Shown here in pieces: positions 18,779-28,684 of a stretch of DNA of 64,000 bases. Position 1 is the first letter of the stretch. Each line of letters starts with the position of its first letter. Both the position numbers and the translations under genes were made by a program. This DNA comes from Haloprofundus marisrubri (GTDB taxonomy: Archaea > Halobacteriota > Halobacteria > Halobacteriales > Haloferacaceae). Where the stretch lies: the NCBI RefSeq assembly GCF_001469955.1, contig NZ_LOPU01000018.1, forward strand, positions 1 to 64,000. The letters are read 5' to 3'. The notes beneath the pieces were generated by a model. It ran no database searches. It was not told the DNA's origin and was given only the letters and a program-made list of their open reading frames with translations.

Positions 18779-19822
18779 TCAGTTCTCGTAGGGAACGTGC
18801 GACGCGCGGTAGCGACGGACGTCGTCGGCGTCGGCCTGCTCGACGGAGCAGACGGTGTAGAACTGGATACGGCGCTCCTGTTTCGTGACGACCGAGAACT
18901 CGTAGTTCGTGGCTTGGTGGGCCACTTCGGCGTCGGTTTCGGCGACGAACGTCTCGTGGCGGCCGATTCGCGCTCGGACTCGTCGTCCGGACTGCTCATC
19001 GATTCCGTCCACGCGAGCGTCGAACGCGTCGAGTACCGTCTCGTCGAGTTCGTAGCCAACCGAGTCACGGCCGGCGAGCATCGCCGCTACCGTCGTCGTC
19101 CCCGTCCCCAAAAACGGGTCCAAGACGGTGTCGCCGTACACTGAGTACATCCGAATCAGTCGCAACGGGAGTTCGAGCGGGAACGCCGCCGAACGCTCCC
19201 GTCTGTCGCTGGGTGCGGCGAGCGTCTGGTCGGTGCCGGTGAGCGTCCAGAGGTCCGAGAACCACTCGTTTCGCTCCTCCCAGAAGAACGCGCTCTCGTA
19301 TCGTCGGTCGTCACCCGCCTCGAACTGGCGTGGGCCGCCCTTGCGGAACACGAGGATGTACTCGTGTTCGAGCGTCACGTACGCGTTCGGCGGCAGCGTG
19401 CCCGACCCCATGAACTTCGTCAGTCGGTTCGTCGGCTTCCGCCACAGCACGTCCGGCAGCGGCCTGAGTCCGCGCTCTCGGAACGCCGACACGATTCGGG
19501 CGTGATTCGGAAACTGCTGGAACTCGTCACCGACAGAGCGCGTCGCGTCACCGACGTTGATACAGACGACGCCGCCCGGCGCGAGAACGCGAGCGACTTC
19601 GTCCCAGACCGCGTCGAGTTGTGCGTGCATACGCTCGAAAGCCGTGTCGCCGTCGCCGGTGTCGAGTGCGTCGGCAACCTTCGGGTCGCGCGACGAGAAG
19701 AGGTCGTCCCACAGCGAAATCATCGGATACGGGGGCGAGGTGACGACGAGTTCGACGGACTCCGACTCGACGTCGTCCATCGCGGCGGCATCGGCGAGTC
19801 GATGGACGTGTTCTGTCTGCAC
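18779..19822 (-). CDS. site-specific DNA methyltransferase (beta-class amino-methyltransferase, N4-cytosine or N6-adenine); no cognate restriction gene nearby
   Basis: Motif IV 'TSPPY' near the N-terminus. Motif I 'LDPFLGTGTTTVAA' near the C-terminus, i.e. the beta-class order. Its neighbours are aroD and trkH. Confidence 0.8.
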   Translation of the reverse strand: MQTEHVHRLADAAAMDDVESESVELVVTSPPYPMISLWDDLFSSRDPKVADALDTGDGDTAFERMHAQLDAVWDEVARVLAPGGVVCINVGDATRSVGDEFQQFPNHARIVSAFRERGLRPLPDVLWRKPTNRLTKFMGSGTLPPNAYVTLEHEYILVFRKGGPRQFEAGDDRRYESAFFWEERNEWFSDLWTLTGTDQTLAAPSDRRERSAAFPLELPLRLIRMYSVYGDTVLDPFLGTGTTTVAAMLAGRDSVGYELDETVLDAFDARVDGIDEQSGRRVRARIGRHETFVAETDAEVAHQATNYEFSVVTKQERRIQFYTVCSVEQADADDVRRYRASHVPYEN

Positions 19823-19979
19823 AGCTTACTTGTGATTTGGTTGTTATGTAGACCTTTGGGTCGCTCGCAGGCGGTGAACCTCTTCGCGCATCTGAGCGCG
19901 GTGACGCAATCGGGTTGAACGAACGCACGAGGCGAACCCGACCGGTGAACTCATAGGAATTCGCTACGCTTTCGGACTC

Positions 19980-21509
19980 GTGTCTCGCTCGATGCGCTCG
20001 ACGTTCGACCTCTCGACGCTCCGCGTCGACGTCAGAGGAAGCCTCGCGCTCATCGGGAAGATAACCAAGTATCTCTCGGTGCCACTTGCGATTCCGTTGG
20101 TGTTCGCGCTATACGAGGGCGTCGACGTGCTTCCGTTCGCCGTCACGCTGGTGCTCGTCGTCGTCGTGGGTGCGCCGCTGGAGCGAATCAGCCCCGACAC
20201 CGACCCGGGTCCACGAGAAGGCTATCTCATCGTCGCGCTGACGTGGCTCATCCTCCCTGTCGTCGGCGCGATTCCGTTCGTCCTCGCGGGTAACGGCGTC
20301 ATCGCCGACCCGGTGAACGCGCTGTTCGAGAGCATGAGCGGGACGACGACGACGGGCGCGACGGTCATCGTCGACTTCGACGTCCACTCGCGGCCCATCA
20401 TGCTGTGGCGGTCGCTCATCCAGTGGATTGGTGGTCTCTCCATCCTCGTCATCGCCGTCGCCGTGCTCTCGGAACTGTCGGTCGGCGGTGCACAACTGAT
20501 GGAGACGGAGACGGCGACGACGAGTATTCGGAAACTGACGCCCCGAATCGAGGGAACCGCGCGCCTGCTCGGAACGCTGTACCTCGGACTGACCGCGACG
20601 GTCGTCGTCGGCCTGTTCGCGCTCAATGTTGTCGGCCTCGCGCCCGAGATGACGCTGTTCGATGCGGTGAACCACGCCTTCACCGGTATCTCTACCAGCG
20701 GGTTCTCACCGCGCGCCGACAGCATCGCGGCGTTCTCACCGGTCGCTCAGTGGGCCGTTATCCCGGTGATGTTCGTCGGCGCGACGAACTTCGTCATCAT
20801 CTACCGCGTCATCCGTGGCCGATACGACGCACCGCTCAGAAGCGAGGAGTTCCGCGTCTACGTCGGCCTCGTCGCCTTCCTCTCGCTACTTCTCGCGGCT
20901 CTGCTCGCCGTCGACCCCCAACAACAGTACTCGATAGAGGAGATGCTTCGGCACGCCACGTTCCAAGTGGTCTCCATTCTGACGACGACAGGCTACGCGA
21001 GCGCGAACTTCGACCTCTGGTCACCGTCGGCGAAGAACGTGCTCTTTCTCTGTATGTTCTTCGGCGGGATGGTCGGCAGCACGACCTGCTCTATCAAAGT
21101 CCTCCGATGGCTCATCATCGTGAAATCCCTCCGTCGGGATATTTTCACGGCCGTTCACCCGAGTGCGGTCCGACCGGTTCGTCTCGACGGCGGTATCGTC
21201 AGCGAGGACAGCATCCGGCAGATGTACGCGTACACGATGTTGAACCTCGTCATCTTCGCCTGTGCGACGGTGTTTATCATCGCCGACGCCGCCCGCGTCG
21301 GCCTGGCACTCACCGAACTGGAAGCCCTTGGTGCGAGTGCGGCGACGTTTCTCAACATCGGTCCCGGATTCGGCCTCGCGGGGCCGTTCGGCAGCTACGT
21401 CGAGTTTCCGGCGACGACGAAGATGGTCATGGTCGTGTTGATGTGGGTCGGCCGTATCGAAGTGATTCCCGTCCTCGTCCTCCTGACGCGGACGTACTGG
21501 CGCGACTAA
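19980..21509 (+). CDS. trkH: TrkH family potassium uptake protein (membrane subunit)
   Basis: 509 aa, polytopic. Repeated M-P-M pore-loop-like segments with Gly-rich selectivity motifs ('SGTTTTGAT', 'TGISTSGFS', 'TTTGYAS'). Confidence 0.85.
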   Translation: MSRSMRSTFDLSTLRVDVRGSLALIGKITKYLSVPLAIPLVFALYEGVDVLPFAVTLVLVVVVGAPLERISPDTDPGPREGYLIVALTWLILPVVGAIPFVLAGNGVIADPVNALFESMSGTTTTGATVIVDFDVHSRPIMLWRSLIQWIGGLSILVIAVAVLSELSVGGAQLMETETATTSIRKLTPRIEGTARLLGTLYLGLTATVVVGLFALNVVGLAPEMTLFDAVNHAFTGISTSGFSPRADSIAAFSPVAQWAVIPVMFVGATNFVIIYRVIRGRYDAPLRSEEFRVYVGLVAFLSLLLAALLAVDPQQQYSIEEMLRHATFQVVSILTTTGYASANFDLWSPSAKNVLFLCMFFGGMVGSTTCSIKVLRWLIIVKSLRRDIFTAVHPSAVRPVRLDGGIVSEDSIRQMYAYTMLNLVIFACATVFIIADAARVGLALTELEALGASAATFLNIGPGFGLAGPFGSYVEFPATTKMVMVVLMWVGRIEVIPVLVLLTRTYWRD

Positions 21510-21524
21510 GAGAGAAAACCCGTC

Positions 21525-22490
21525 TTACGCGACGCCGATGCCGTCTTCGGCTTCGAGCAGTTCGTGGTAGCGGTTGCGGATGGTGACTTCGCTGATGTCG
21601 GCCACCTCGGAGACCGCGGCCTGCGTCGTCTTCTCGTTCGTGAGCAGTGCCGCGGCGTAGACGGCGGCGGCCGCGAGGCCCACCGGCGACTTACCCGAGT
21701 GGACGCCTTTCTCCTTGGCGTTCTTGAGCAGCTGTCGGGCGCGGTGTTCGGCTTCCTCGGAGAGTCCGAGCGACGAGGCGAACCGGGGGACGTACTGCTC
21801 GGGGTCGGCGGGTTTCACTTCGAGTTTGAGTTCACGGACGACGTAGCGGTACGTTCGGGCGACCTCGCTCTTTTCGATACGCGAGACGTCGGCGATTTCG
21901 TCGAGGCTGCGGGGAACGCCGGCCATCCGCGCGGCGGCGTAAACGCAGGCGGTGGCGACACCCTCGATGGAGCGACCGGGGAGCAGGTCCTCGCTCAGCG
22001 CGCGGCGGTAGATGACCGACGCCGTCTCGCGGACGTTTTTCGGGAGACCGAGTGCGGAGGCCATGCGGTCGATTTCGCCGAGCGCCTGCTTCAGGTTGCG
22101 CTCCTTGGAGTCGCGGGTGCGGAAGCGCTCGTTCCACTTGCGGAGACGCTGCATCTTCTGGCGCTGACGCGACCCGAGCGAGTTGCCGTAGGCGTCCTTG
22201 TTTCGCCAGTCGATGTTCGTCGACAGTCCCTTGTCGTGCATCGTGTTCGTCGTTGGTGCGCCGACGCGGGATTTCTGGTCTTTCTCGCGGGCGTCGAACG
22301 CGCGCCACTCGGGGCCGCGGTCGACGGAGTCCTCGCTGACGACGAGGCCGCAGTCTTCACACAGCGTCTCGCCGTGTTCGGTGTCGGTGACGACGTGCCC
22401 GCCGCACTCGGGGCACGCGACCGACTCGTCGCTCTCGGGTTTCTCTTTCTCCTGTTCGTCCGTTCGTCGGGTGTACATCCGTTCGCTCAT
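21525..22490 (-). CDS. tfb: transcription initiation factor IIB (TFB)
   Basis: N-terminal Zn ribbon 'CPECGGHVV...CEDCGLVV'. Two cyclin-like repeats. 321 aa. Confidence 0.9.
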   Translation of the reverse strand: MSERMYTRRTDEQEKEKPESDESVACPECGGHVVTDTEHGETLCEDCGLVVSEDSVDRGPEWRAFDAREKDQKSRVGAPTTNTMHDKGLSTNIDWRNKDAYGNSLGSRQRQKMQRLRKWNERFRTRDSKERNLKQALGEIDRMASALGLPKNVRETASVIYRRALSEDLLPGRSIEGVATACVYAAARMAGVPRSLDEIADVSRIEKSEVARTYRYVVRELKLEVKPADPEQYVPRFASSLGLSEEAEHRARQLLKNAKEKGVHSGKSPVGLAAAAVYAAALLTNEKTTQAAVSEVADISEVTIRNRYHELLEAEDGIGVA

Positions 22491-22583
22491 GGTGTGAGAC
22501 GGCTACTGCTCCGGGGGTCGAGACGGGCCAAAGAACGTGGGCCGAGCGTCCAGAGCGGTCCTTACCCGTTGCAGGATAGTGTC

Positions 22584-22592
22584 TTATATAAG
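22584..22592. promoter_or_regulatory. TATA-box-like element in the tfb / binding-protein divergent intergenic region
   Basis: 'ttatataag' in the 228-nt intergenic region, followed by a further AT-rich stretch at 22633-22670. Which gene it serves is uncertain. Confidence 0.35.
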
Positions 22593-22718
22593 TGGTTTGG
22601 TGTTGGGCGCGATTCGTGCCGACTCGCCGCTCAGACAGCCATTTGTAAATGAATATCACAACATTAAAATACTACAGATTGCGCCACAGATTTCAGTTCG
22701 CAGCACTCACTGCAAGCG

Positions 22719-23468
22719 ATGACCCGACCCGACGCCGACGGCAAGCGCGTGGTGTCGCTCGCTCCAAGTGCGACGGCGACGCTCGACGCGATGGGTGCAA
22801 GCGACGGCCTCGTTGGGGCGACGCTGCACTGCGACACCGATGTTCCCGCCGTCGGCGGTTGGCTCAATCCCGACTACGACCACCTCGCGGAACTGGACCC
22901 CGAGTTGGTCTGTACGAGCGACGCGCTTCAGCGAGAGGTTCGAGACGAACTTCGAAGTCGCGGCTACCGCGTTCACCACGTCGAACCCGCGACGCTTTCG
23001 GACGTACTCGACTCGTTCGCCGAAATCGGCGAGGCTGTCGGCCGTCCGGATGCCGGCGAGGCGCTTCGCGCTGGTGCCGAGGCCCGCCTCGACGCTGTTG
23101 CCGACTGTGTCGCTGACCGCGCCGCCGACGAACTCCGACCCGTCGTCTACTGTGAGGAGTGGTCCGACCCGCCGATGGCCGCCGGCAACTGGGTGCCTGA
23201 CGCCGTCGTCGCCGCCGGAGGGCGATATCCGTTCGTCGAATCGGGCGAACGCTCCCACGAGGTCGACAGGGAAACCGTCGTGTCGGCGGACCCCGACCAC
23301 GCGATACTCCACGTCTGCGGGCGTGGTGACCGTGTTGACCCCAGCGTTGTCACCGACCGTGATTGGGCAATCGACCCCGAAGTCCACGTCGTCGACGACT
23401 CGCTTTTGAACCAACCGAGTCCGCGACTCGTCGACGGCATCGAGACGCTGGCCGACCTGTTACACTGA
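22719..23468 (+). CDS. periplasmic-binding-protein-like (BtuF/TroA-type cobalamin/iron-siderophore binding fold)
   Basis: 'KRVVSLAPSATATLDAMGA...VGATLHCD', typical of the class III PBP fold. No obvious lipobox or signal peptide. Confidence 0.6.
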   Translation: MTRPDADGKRVVSLAPSATATLDAMGASDGLVGATLHCDTDVPAVGGWLNPDYDHLAELDPELVCTSDALQREVRDELRSRGYRVHHVEPATLSDVLDSFAEIGEAVGRPDAGEALRAGAEARLDAVADCVADRAADELRPVVYCEEWSDPPMAAGNWVPDAVVAAGGRYPFVESGERSHEVDRETVVSADPDHAILHVCGRGDRVDPSVVTDRDWAIDPEVHVVDDSLLNQPSPRLVDGIETLADLLH

Positions 23469-23539
23469 CTCCGAAGGCGACCCGGTGAGAGTGTCGTCGA
23501 TTCCGATACATCGATAACGGTTCGTCGGGAGTCGGTGGT

Positions 23540-24061
23540 ATGCGAATCGTTGTCGGGAGCGCAAACCCGGTGAAGAAAGCCGCAGTCGAGGCCGTCGTCG
23601 GGGACGCGACAGTCGACGCAATCGCCGTCCCCTCTGGCGTCCCCGAGCAACCGCGAGGGCACGCTGAAACCATCGCCGGCGCGCAGACGCGAGCGTGGGA
23701 GGCGTTCGACACTGGCGGAGACGAGTCGGCAGTGTACGACTACGGCGTTGGGTTGGAGGGTGGCGTCGCGTCGTTCGACGGCGCAGACGACCTGTATCTG
23801 GTGATGTGGGCAGCGGTCACTGACGGTGTCCGTGTCGGACGCGGAGCAGGACCGAGCGTTCGCCTCCCGTCGAGAGTCGCCGTGCGAATCCGCAACGGCG
23901 AGGAACTCGGGCCGGTGATGGACGACGTGCTCGGAACGGACGACATCGCCAAGAAAGAGGGTGCGGCGGGTGCGTTGACCGGCGGCCGAATCGACCGTGA
24001 GACGGCGCTTTCGACGGCCGTCGCGGGGGCGTTCGGTCCGTTCGTCTCCGAGTTGTACTGA
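23540..24061 (+). CDS. non-canonical purine NTP phosphatase (inosine/xanthosine triphosphatase, YjjX/DUF84 family)
   Basis: 'MRIVVGSANPVKKAAV' N-terminus. Length 173 aa. Confidence 0.7.
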   Translation: MRIVVGSANPVKKAAVEAVVGDATVDAIAVPSGVPEQPRGHAETIAGAQTRAWEAFDTGGDESAVYDYGVGLEGGVASFDGADDLYLVMWAAVTDGVRVGRGAGPSVRLPSRVAVRIRNGEELGPVMDDVLGTDDIAKKEGAAGALTGGRIDRETALSTAVAGAFGPFVSELY

Positions 24062-24072
24062 CTGGGTCTTTT

Positions 24073-25914
24073 TCAGTCGGATTCGACCGGTTCGGCTTGT
24101 TCGCGTGCGTTGGCGCTCTCCTCGACCGCTTTCGTGAGCGAGACGTTCAGTGACAGCATCGACGCGACGCCGCCGAGGACGGTGACGATGTTCTTCACCG
24201 CGTGGTCGAGAATCGCCGCACCGACGGCGACGGGCGCCGAGATGGGACTGAGCGCGACGACGAGGATGGTGAACGCCCCTTCGTAGAGGCCGATACCACC
24301 CGGCGACAGCGGAAGCACTTTGGCGAGGTTGCCGACGCTGACCGCGAAGAAACTCACGGCCACGAGCGTCACGAGTGACATCTCGCCGCTCGCACCGAGG
24401 GCGACGAGGACGAGAATCGCGGTGACGACGTCGAGCACCCAGATTGCGAGGCTGCTGACACCCACACGGGCGAACGCGTCGCGGCGACCCGCCGTCCGCT
24501 GCAGGTCGACGACGAACTGCTCGACGATGCCGGCGACGTGGTCGGCGTACGAGTCCGAGGAGAACCGACCGAGCGCACTCCGGATGAAGTTACGGTCCGA
24601 ACGTGCGCTGGCGACGATTGCTACCACGGCGAGTATCGCTGCGACGCCGACCCCGGCGGCGACGAACGCTGCTGTACGACCCGCTTGGCGCTCGCTTGCA
24701 CCGACCTGCCCGGCACCGCTGCCGAGCAGTCCGTCGACGAGTGCGCTCGTGTTGCCGGTGGCGACCAGTCCCAACAGTACCGTTCCGGCGAGAACGGTAA
24801 TCGTGAGTAAGTCGAACACCCGCTCGGCTGCGAGCGACGCGAATCCGGACGGATACGGGATGTTCCGTCGGGCTTTCACCACGTACGCGCGGACGGCGTC
24901 ACCGGCGCGTGCGGGAAAGACCAGGTTCCCCGTCTGACTGATGAAGATAGCACCGGTCAGGAATCCGGTCTTCTCGCGGAAGCCGAGTTCCGCGAGGATG
25001 TCGCGGTAGCGGAGACCGCGAATCGGCCACGAAACGAGATACACGACGGCCGCCAGTAGTACGAGCGCCGGGTCCGCCGCACCCATGACGTCGAGTACCT
25101 CCTGCGGGTCGAGATACACCGTCATGAGCATCAGCGCAACGAGCGTCAGTGCGACACCCGCCGCCATCGTCACCCGACGGTCGATTCGCGGACGAACCGA
25201 AAGCTCCCACCAAGTGCGGCCGATTTGGCTACCCATCCCGAAGATGTCGCGGACGAGGTCGACTTTCGTGTCGCCTTTCGGCTCCCAGTCGACGGAGAAC
25301 TCCGCGACTCGAAGGCCCTTGCGCTGGGCGCGAACCAGCAGTTCGGTGTCCCAGAACCAGTGGTTGTCCTTGATTTCGTCTTTGAGTTGGTAGAACGCCT
25401 CGCGGCTCATCGCCTTGAAGCCGCACTGGTGGTCACGGAGTTTCGACCGAAGGAACAGTCGAACCATTCCGTTGTATCCGCGGCTCGGAATACCCCGTTT
25501 GAACGGGCGGTCCGCGACGTTCTCGGGCATCCACCGCGACCCGGTCGCGACGTCGTACTCCTCGCTACGAACGCGCTTGACGAGTTCTTCGAGGTGGCGC
25601 ATGTCGGTGGCGAGGTCGGTGTCGAAGTAGACGAGGGTCTCACCGTTGGCGGCCTCGAAAGCTCGTTCCAACGCGCCCCCACGCCCGAGTCGCTCGTCGG
25701 AGTGGAAGTGACGGACTCGGCTGTCTTCGGCGGCCAACTGGTCGGCAATCTCTGGTGTGCGGTCGTCGCACCCGTCCTCCGCGACGATGACCTCGACGGC
25801 ATCGCTGGGGAGAAACGCTGCAAGTGTCTCAAGCGTGGTCCGCACCGTCCCCTCTATCGTATGTTCCTCGTTGTACGCAGGAAGGACGACGCTGACCTCG
25901 ACCGGGCGGTCCAT
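24073..25914 (-). CDS. GT2 dolichyl-phosphate hexose synthase-like glycosyltransferase fused to a C-terminal multi-TM domain (AglD-like)
   Basis: N-terminal 'VSVVLPAYNEE...DGCDDRT...YFDTDLATD' (GT-A fold, DxD motif). About 350 aa of C-terminal TM helices. The two-part layout resembles Haloferax AglD. Confidence 0.75.
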   Translation of the reverse strand: MDRPVEVSVVLPAYNEEHTIEGTVRTTLETLAAFLPSDAVEVIVAEDGCDDRTPEIADQLAAEDSRVRHFHSDERLGRGGALERAFEAANGETLVYFDTDLATDMRHLEELVKRVRSEEYDVATGSRWMPENVADRPFKRGIPSRGYNGMVRLFLRSKLRDHQCGFKAMSREAFYQLKDEIKDNHWFWDTELLVRAQRKGLRVAEFSVDWEPKGDTKVDLVRDIFGMGSQIGRTWWELSVRPRIDRRVTMAAGVALTLVALMLMTVYLDPQEVLDVMGAADPALVLLAAVVYLVSWPIRGLRYRDILAELGFREKTGFLTGAIFISQTGNLVFPARAGDAVRAYVVKARRNIPYPSGFASLAAERVFDLLTITVLAGTVLLGLVATGNTSALVDGLLGSGAGQVGASERQAGRTAAFVAAGVGVAAILAVVAIVASARSDRNFIRSALGRFSSDSYADHVAGIVEQFVVDLQRTAGRRDAFARVGVSSLAIWVLDVVTAILVLVALGASGEMSLVTLVAVSFFAVSVGNLAKVLPLSPGGIGLYEGAFTILVVALSPISAPVAVGAAILDHAVKNIVTVLGGVASMLSLNVSLTKAVEESANAREQAEPVESD

Positions 25915-26257
25915 TGTCCATCTATGCAGCGAGAGTGGCTAAGAAGCTTCTGACTCTCAGGATACGTGGAATTGTAAACCGAGAGTTCATTCACGATACC
26001 CTACTCGCTGTATCGGCCGAAATCGACCGATTTCGGGGCCGTAATGGGAGATTACCGCGGATTTTTGGCCGTAAATACAGCCTTACGTGACCATAGTTTG
26101 GGGCATACAGTCACGAAATATTTACTATTAGGCCATCGTACCAGGCCACGCTCAGACCCACCAGTTACGCTCCCTTTACGACTGTAAATCGCAAGACTGC
26201 AGCGTGTTAACCTCACGTACCAAATGCCATATTAGTGCCAGTCACCACGCCTGAGAT

Positions 26258-26491
26258 ATGAGCGTTACCACGGCCACCGAGCTCAGTGACAAGCAGCAAC
26301 GGATACTCCGGTACCTCCGGACGAACGCCACCACGCAGACGTACTTCAAATCGCGGCTCATCGCCGACGAACTGGGTCTGAGCGCCAAAGAAGTCGGTGC
26401 GAACATGACGGCCATCCTCAACGGTGATTTCGACGTGACGGTCGAAAAGTGGGGCTACTCGTCGGGCACGACGTGGAAAGTCAGCACGTAA
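26258..26491 (+). CDS. small conserved hypothetical protein (possible winged-helix)
   Basis: 77 aa, MSVTTATELSDKQQRILRYLRTNATTQTYFKSRLIADELGLSAKEVG; HTH-like. Follows an AT-rich intergenic region. Confidence 0.5.
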   Translation: MSVTTATELSDKQQRILRYLRTNATTQTYFKSRLIADELGLSAKEVGANMTAILNGDFDVTVEKWGYSSGTTWKVST

Positions 26492-26656
26492 CGAGTTCAC
26501 TCCGCTGACATCGGTCCTCCTCCCTCCGGGCACTCGCACGCGACACTCCGGGCAGAGTGTTTTCCTGCGGATATCCTACACGACCACGAGCAGCGATGAC
26601 TCTGAAAGCAGGCGTTACGCACAGTGGCAAACGAGTGCCACATCCAACAGGGGTCG

Positions 26657-27262
26657 TTACGCGTCGTAGCCGACGAGTTCGTCCGCGTTGCTCGCAAACG
26701 CGATGGTTTCGGCCCCGAAGGAGTCCGCGTAGCGGACCAGTAACATGATGAGCGTCTCGGGCCGTTCGACGGCGAGACTCTGCTCGGTTGCGAGGAGTCC
26801 TGCCTCTTCTAACTGCTTTCTGTACGAACTCACCGTCGCCGTCGAGACGTCTGCGGCCTCGGCGAGTTGGACACCGGTCGCGTCGGGGTCGCAAAGCAGT
26901 TCGAGCAGCATCTTCCGCGGGGTGTCGCGGCGGAGATACCCGAGTGCGACCTGTTCGAACTCCGAGAACCGTTGTGCCGGGAAGAAACGTCGGTAGTCGC
27001 CGTCTCGACGCGAGAGGACGACACCTTCCGAGAGCAGTTTGTCGAGATGGTGCTGCGTCTCGCCGGTGCCGAGACGGAGGTCGTCGCGGACTTTCGAGAA
27101 GTGTGCACCGGGGGTCGTCGAGAGGTAGCCGACGATGGCGTCGCGGACGTCGCTGCGCGACTCGCCGTCAGTGTCGTCGAGACGAGCGAACGGAACCGCC
27201 GCACCGAGGGCGGCGAACCGGCGGAGCGTCGCTCGTTTCTCTTCGTCTACCCGGTCGGACAT
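26657..27262 (-). CDS. winged-helix transcriptional regulator (two wHTH-like modules)
   Basis: 'TPGAHFSKVRDDLRLGTGETQHHLDKLLSEGVV' and 'ATGVQLAEAADVSTATVSSYRKQLEEAGLL' are ArsR/TrmB-like HTHs. Confidence 0.6.
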   Translation of the reverse strand: MSDRVDEEKRATLRRFAALGAAVPFARLDDTDGESRSDVRDAIVGYLSTTPGAHFSKVRDDLRLGTGETQHHLDKLLSEGVVLSRRDGDYRRFFPAQRFSEFEQVALGYLRRDTPRKMLLELLCDPDATGVQLAEAADVSTATVSSYRKQLEEAGLLATEQSLAVERPETLIMLLVRYADSFGAETIAFASNADELVGYDA

Positions 27263-27301
27263 CTACCCCAGTTCGGGGAGTGGAGGACAAAAACGCTTCG
27301 T

Positions 27302-28561
27302 TTACTGGAGTTCTCGGTCGAACTCCATCTCTTCTTCGTCCGTTTCGGCCGCGTTCTCGGCGTCGGCGTCTCCGTCTCCATCGGTGGCGGCGCGGCCGTC
27401 GTTCGAGGAGCGGTCGCTCTCTTCGATAACCTCGTCGGGGTCTTTGATGTCGGCCTCGTCTTCGGCGTTGGCCTCCTGAATCACTTCGTCGGCGCTCTTG
27501 ATGTCGCCGGCGTCACCGGCTTTCACGGCTTGTGCCTCCTGTTCGAGCTGTTGGACGTCCATCTCGGCGGCCTGGTCGATTTGGCCGAGAATTTCCTCGA
27601 TGTCGTCGAGACCCAGCATCTCACGGGTTTCCTCGTCGAAGTCCAAGCTGTCGAGACCCGCCTGCTCCTGCACGTCGCTGCCGGTCAGCTGCTTGCCGTA
27701 GCGACCGACGAGCGAGGTGAGCTCCTGCGGGAGGATGAACGTCGTCGACTCGCTGGAACCGATGTCGGCGAGCGTCTCCATGCCTTTGTCGATGACGGCG
27801 CGTTCACCCATCGACTCGGCGGATTTCGCGCGAAGAACGGTGGAGATGGCGTCACCCTGGGCTTCGAGAATCTGGCTCTGCTTTTCACCTTGCGCACGGA
27901 TGATGTTCGACTGTTTCTCACCCTCGGCGCTCTCGACGGCACTGCGCCGTTCACCTTGGGCTTCGAGAATCATTGCACGGCGACGACGCTCGGCGGAGGT
28001 CTGCTGCTCCATCGCCTGCTGGACGTCGGCGCTCGGGTTCACTTCACGGACTTCGACCGATTCGACGCGAATCCCCCACTCGTCGGTGGGTTCGTCGAGT
28101 TCCTTTCTGATTCGGGCGTTGATTTCCTGACGCTTGTTGAGCGTGTCGTCGAGTTCCATGTCGCCGAGCACGGCGCGGAGCGTCGTCTGCGCGAGGTTCG
28201 AGACGGCGGTCTTGTAATCTTCGACCTCGAGGAAGGCCTTCTTCGCGTCCATCACCTTGATGTAGACGACGGCGTCGGCGGTCACGGGCGAGTTGTCGCG
28301 CGTGATGGCTTCCTGCCGGGGAACGTCCAACGTCTGCGTACGCATATCGAAGCGGTACGTCCGCGAGACGAACGGTGGGATGAAGTTGATACCCGGTTCG
28401 AGCAGTTTGCGGTACTCGCCGAACACCGTCAGCGCACGCTTCTCGTACGCTTGCACGATTTCGACGGACTGGAACACTACGAGGACTGCCAGCAACAGGA
28501 ATAGCACACCTACGAAGAGGATGGGTATTCCCAGGCCGGTCTGTAACAGGACGGGGTCCAT
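27302..28561 (-). CDS. SPFH/band-7 (stomatin/prohibitin-like) membrane protein
   Basis: N-terminal TM, then the SPFH core ('VEIVQAYEKRALTVFGEY...LDVPRQEAITRDN'). Coiled-coil region and acidic C-tail. Confidence 0.85.
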   Translation of the reverse strand: MDPVLLQTGLGIPILFVGVLFLLLAVLVVFQSVEIVQAYEKRALTVFGEYRKLLEPGINFIPPFVSRTYRFDMRTQTLDVPRQEAITRDNSPVTADAVVYIKVMDAKKAFLEVEDYKTAVSNLAQTTLRAVLGDMELDDTLNKRQEINARIRKELDEPTDEWGIRVESVEVREVNPSADVQQAMEQQTSAERRRRAMILEAQGERRSAVESAEGEKQSNIIRAQGEKQSQILEAQGDAISTVLRAKSAESMGERAVIDKGMETLADIGSSESTTFILPQELTSLVGRYGKQLTGSDVQEQAGLDSLDFDEETREMLGLDDIEEILGQIDQAAEMDVQQLEQEAQAVKAGDAGDIKSADEVIQEANAEDEADIKDPDEVIEESDRSSNDGRAATDGDGDADAENAAETDEEEMEFDRELQ

Positions 28562-28684
28562 AACTGGCTCTTTGTATGTTTGATTGATAAGGTTTTCCTC
28601 AACTTCGCCGGTCTGTCCGTCGAATCGGGGTCGCAGCCGTCTCGGGTTCTCGGGGACTTCTCTCCTGCGGGACCCCCCGCCCCG

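Noticed and set aside
26033-26176. 47-codon ORF (MGDYRGFLAVNTALRDHSLGH...) inside the AT-rich intergenic region
   Set aside because: It is below the size of the track's ORFs, with low-GC codon usage unlike the host. No halophile-type acidic composition and no recognisable motif. Noted only as an alternative to the ncRNA hypothesis.
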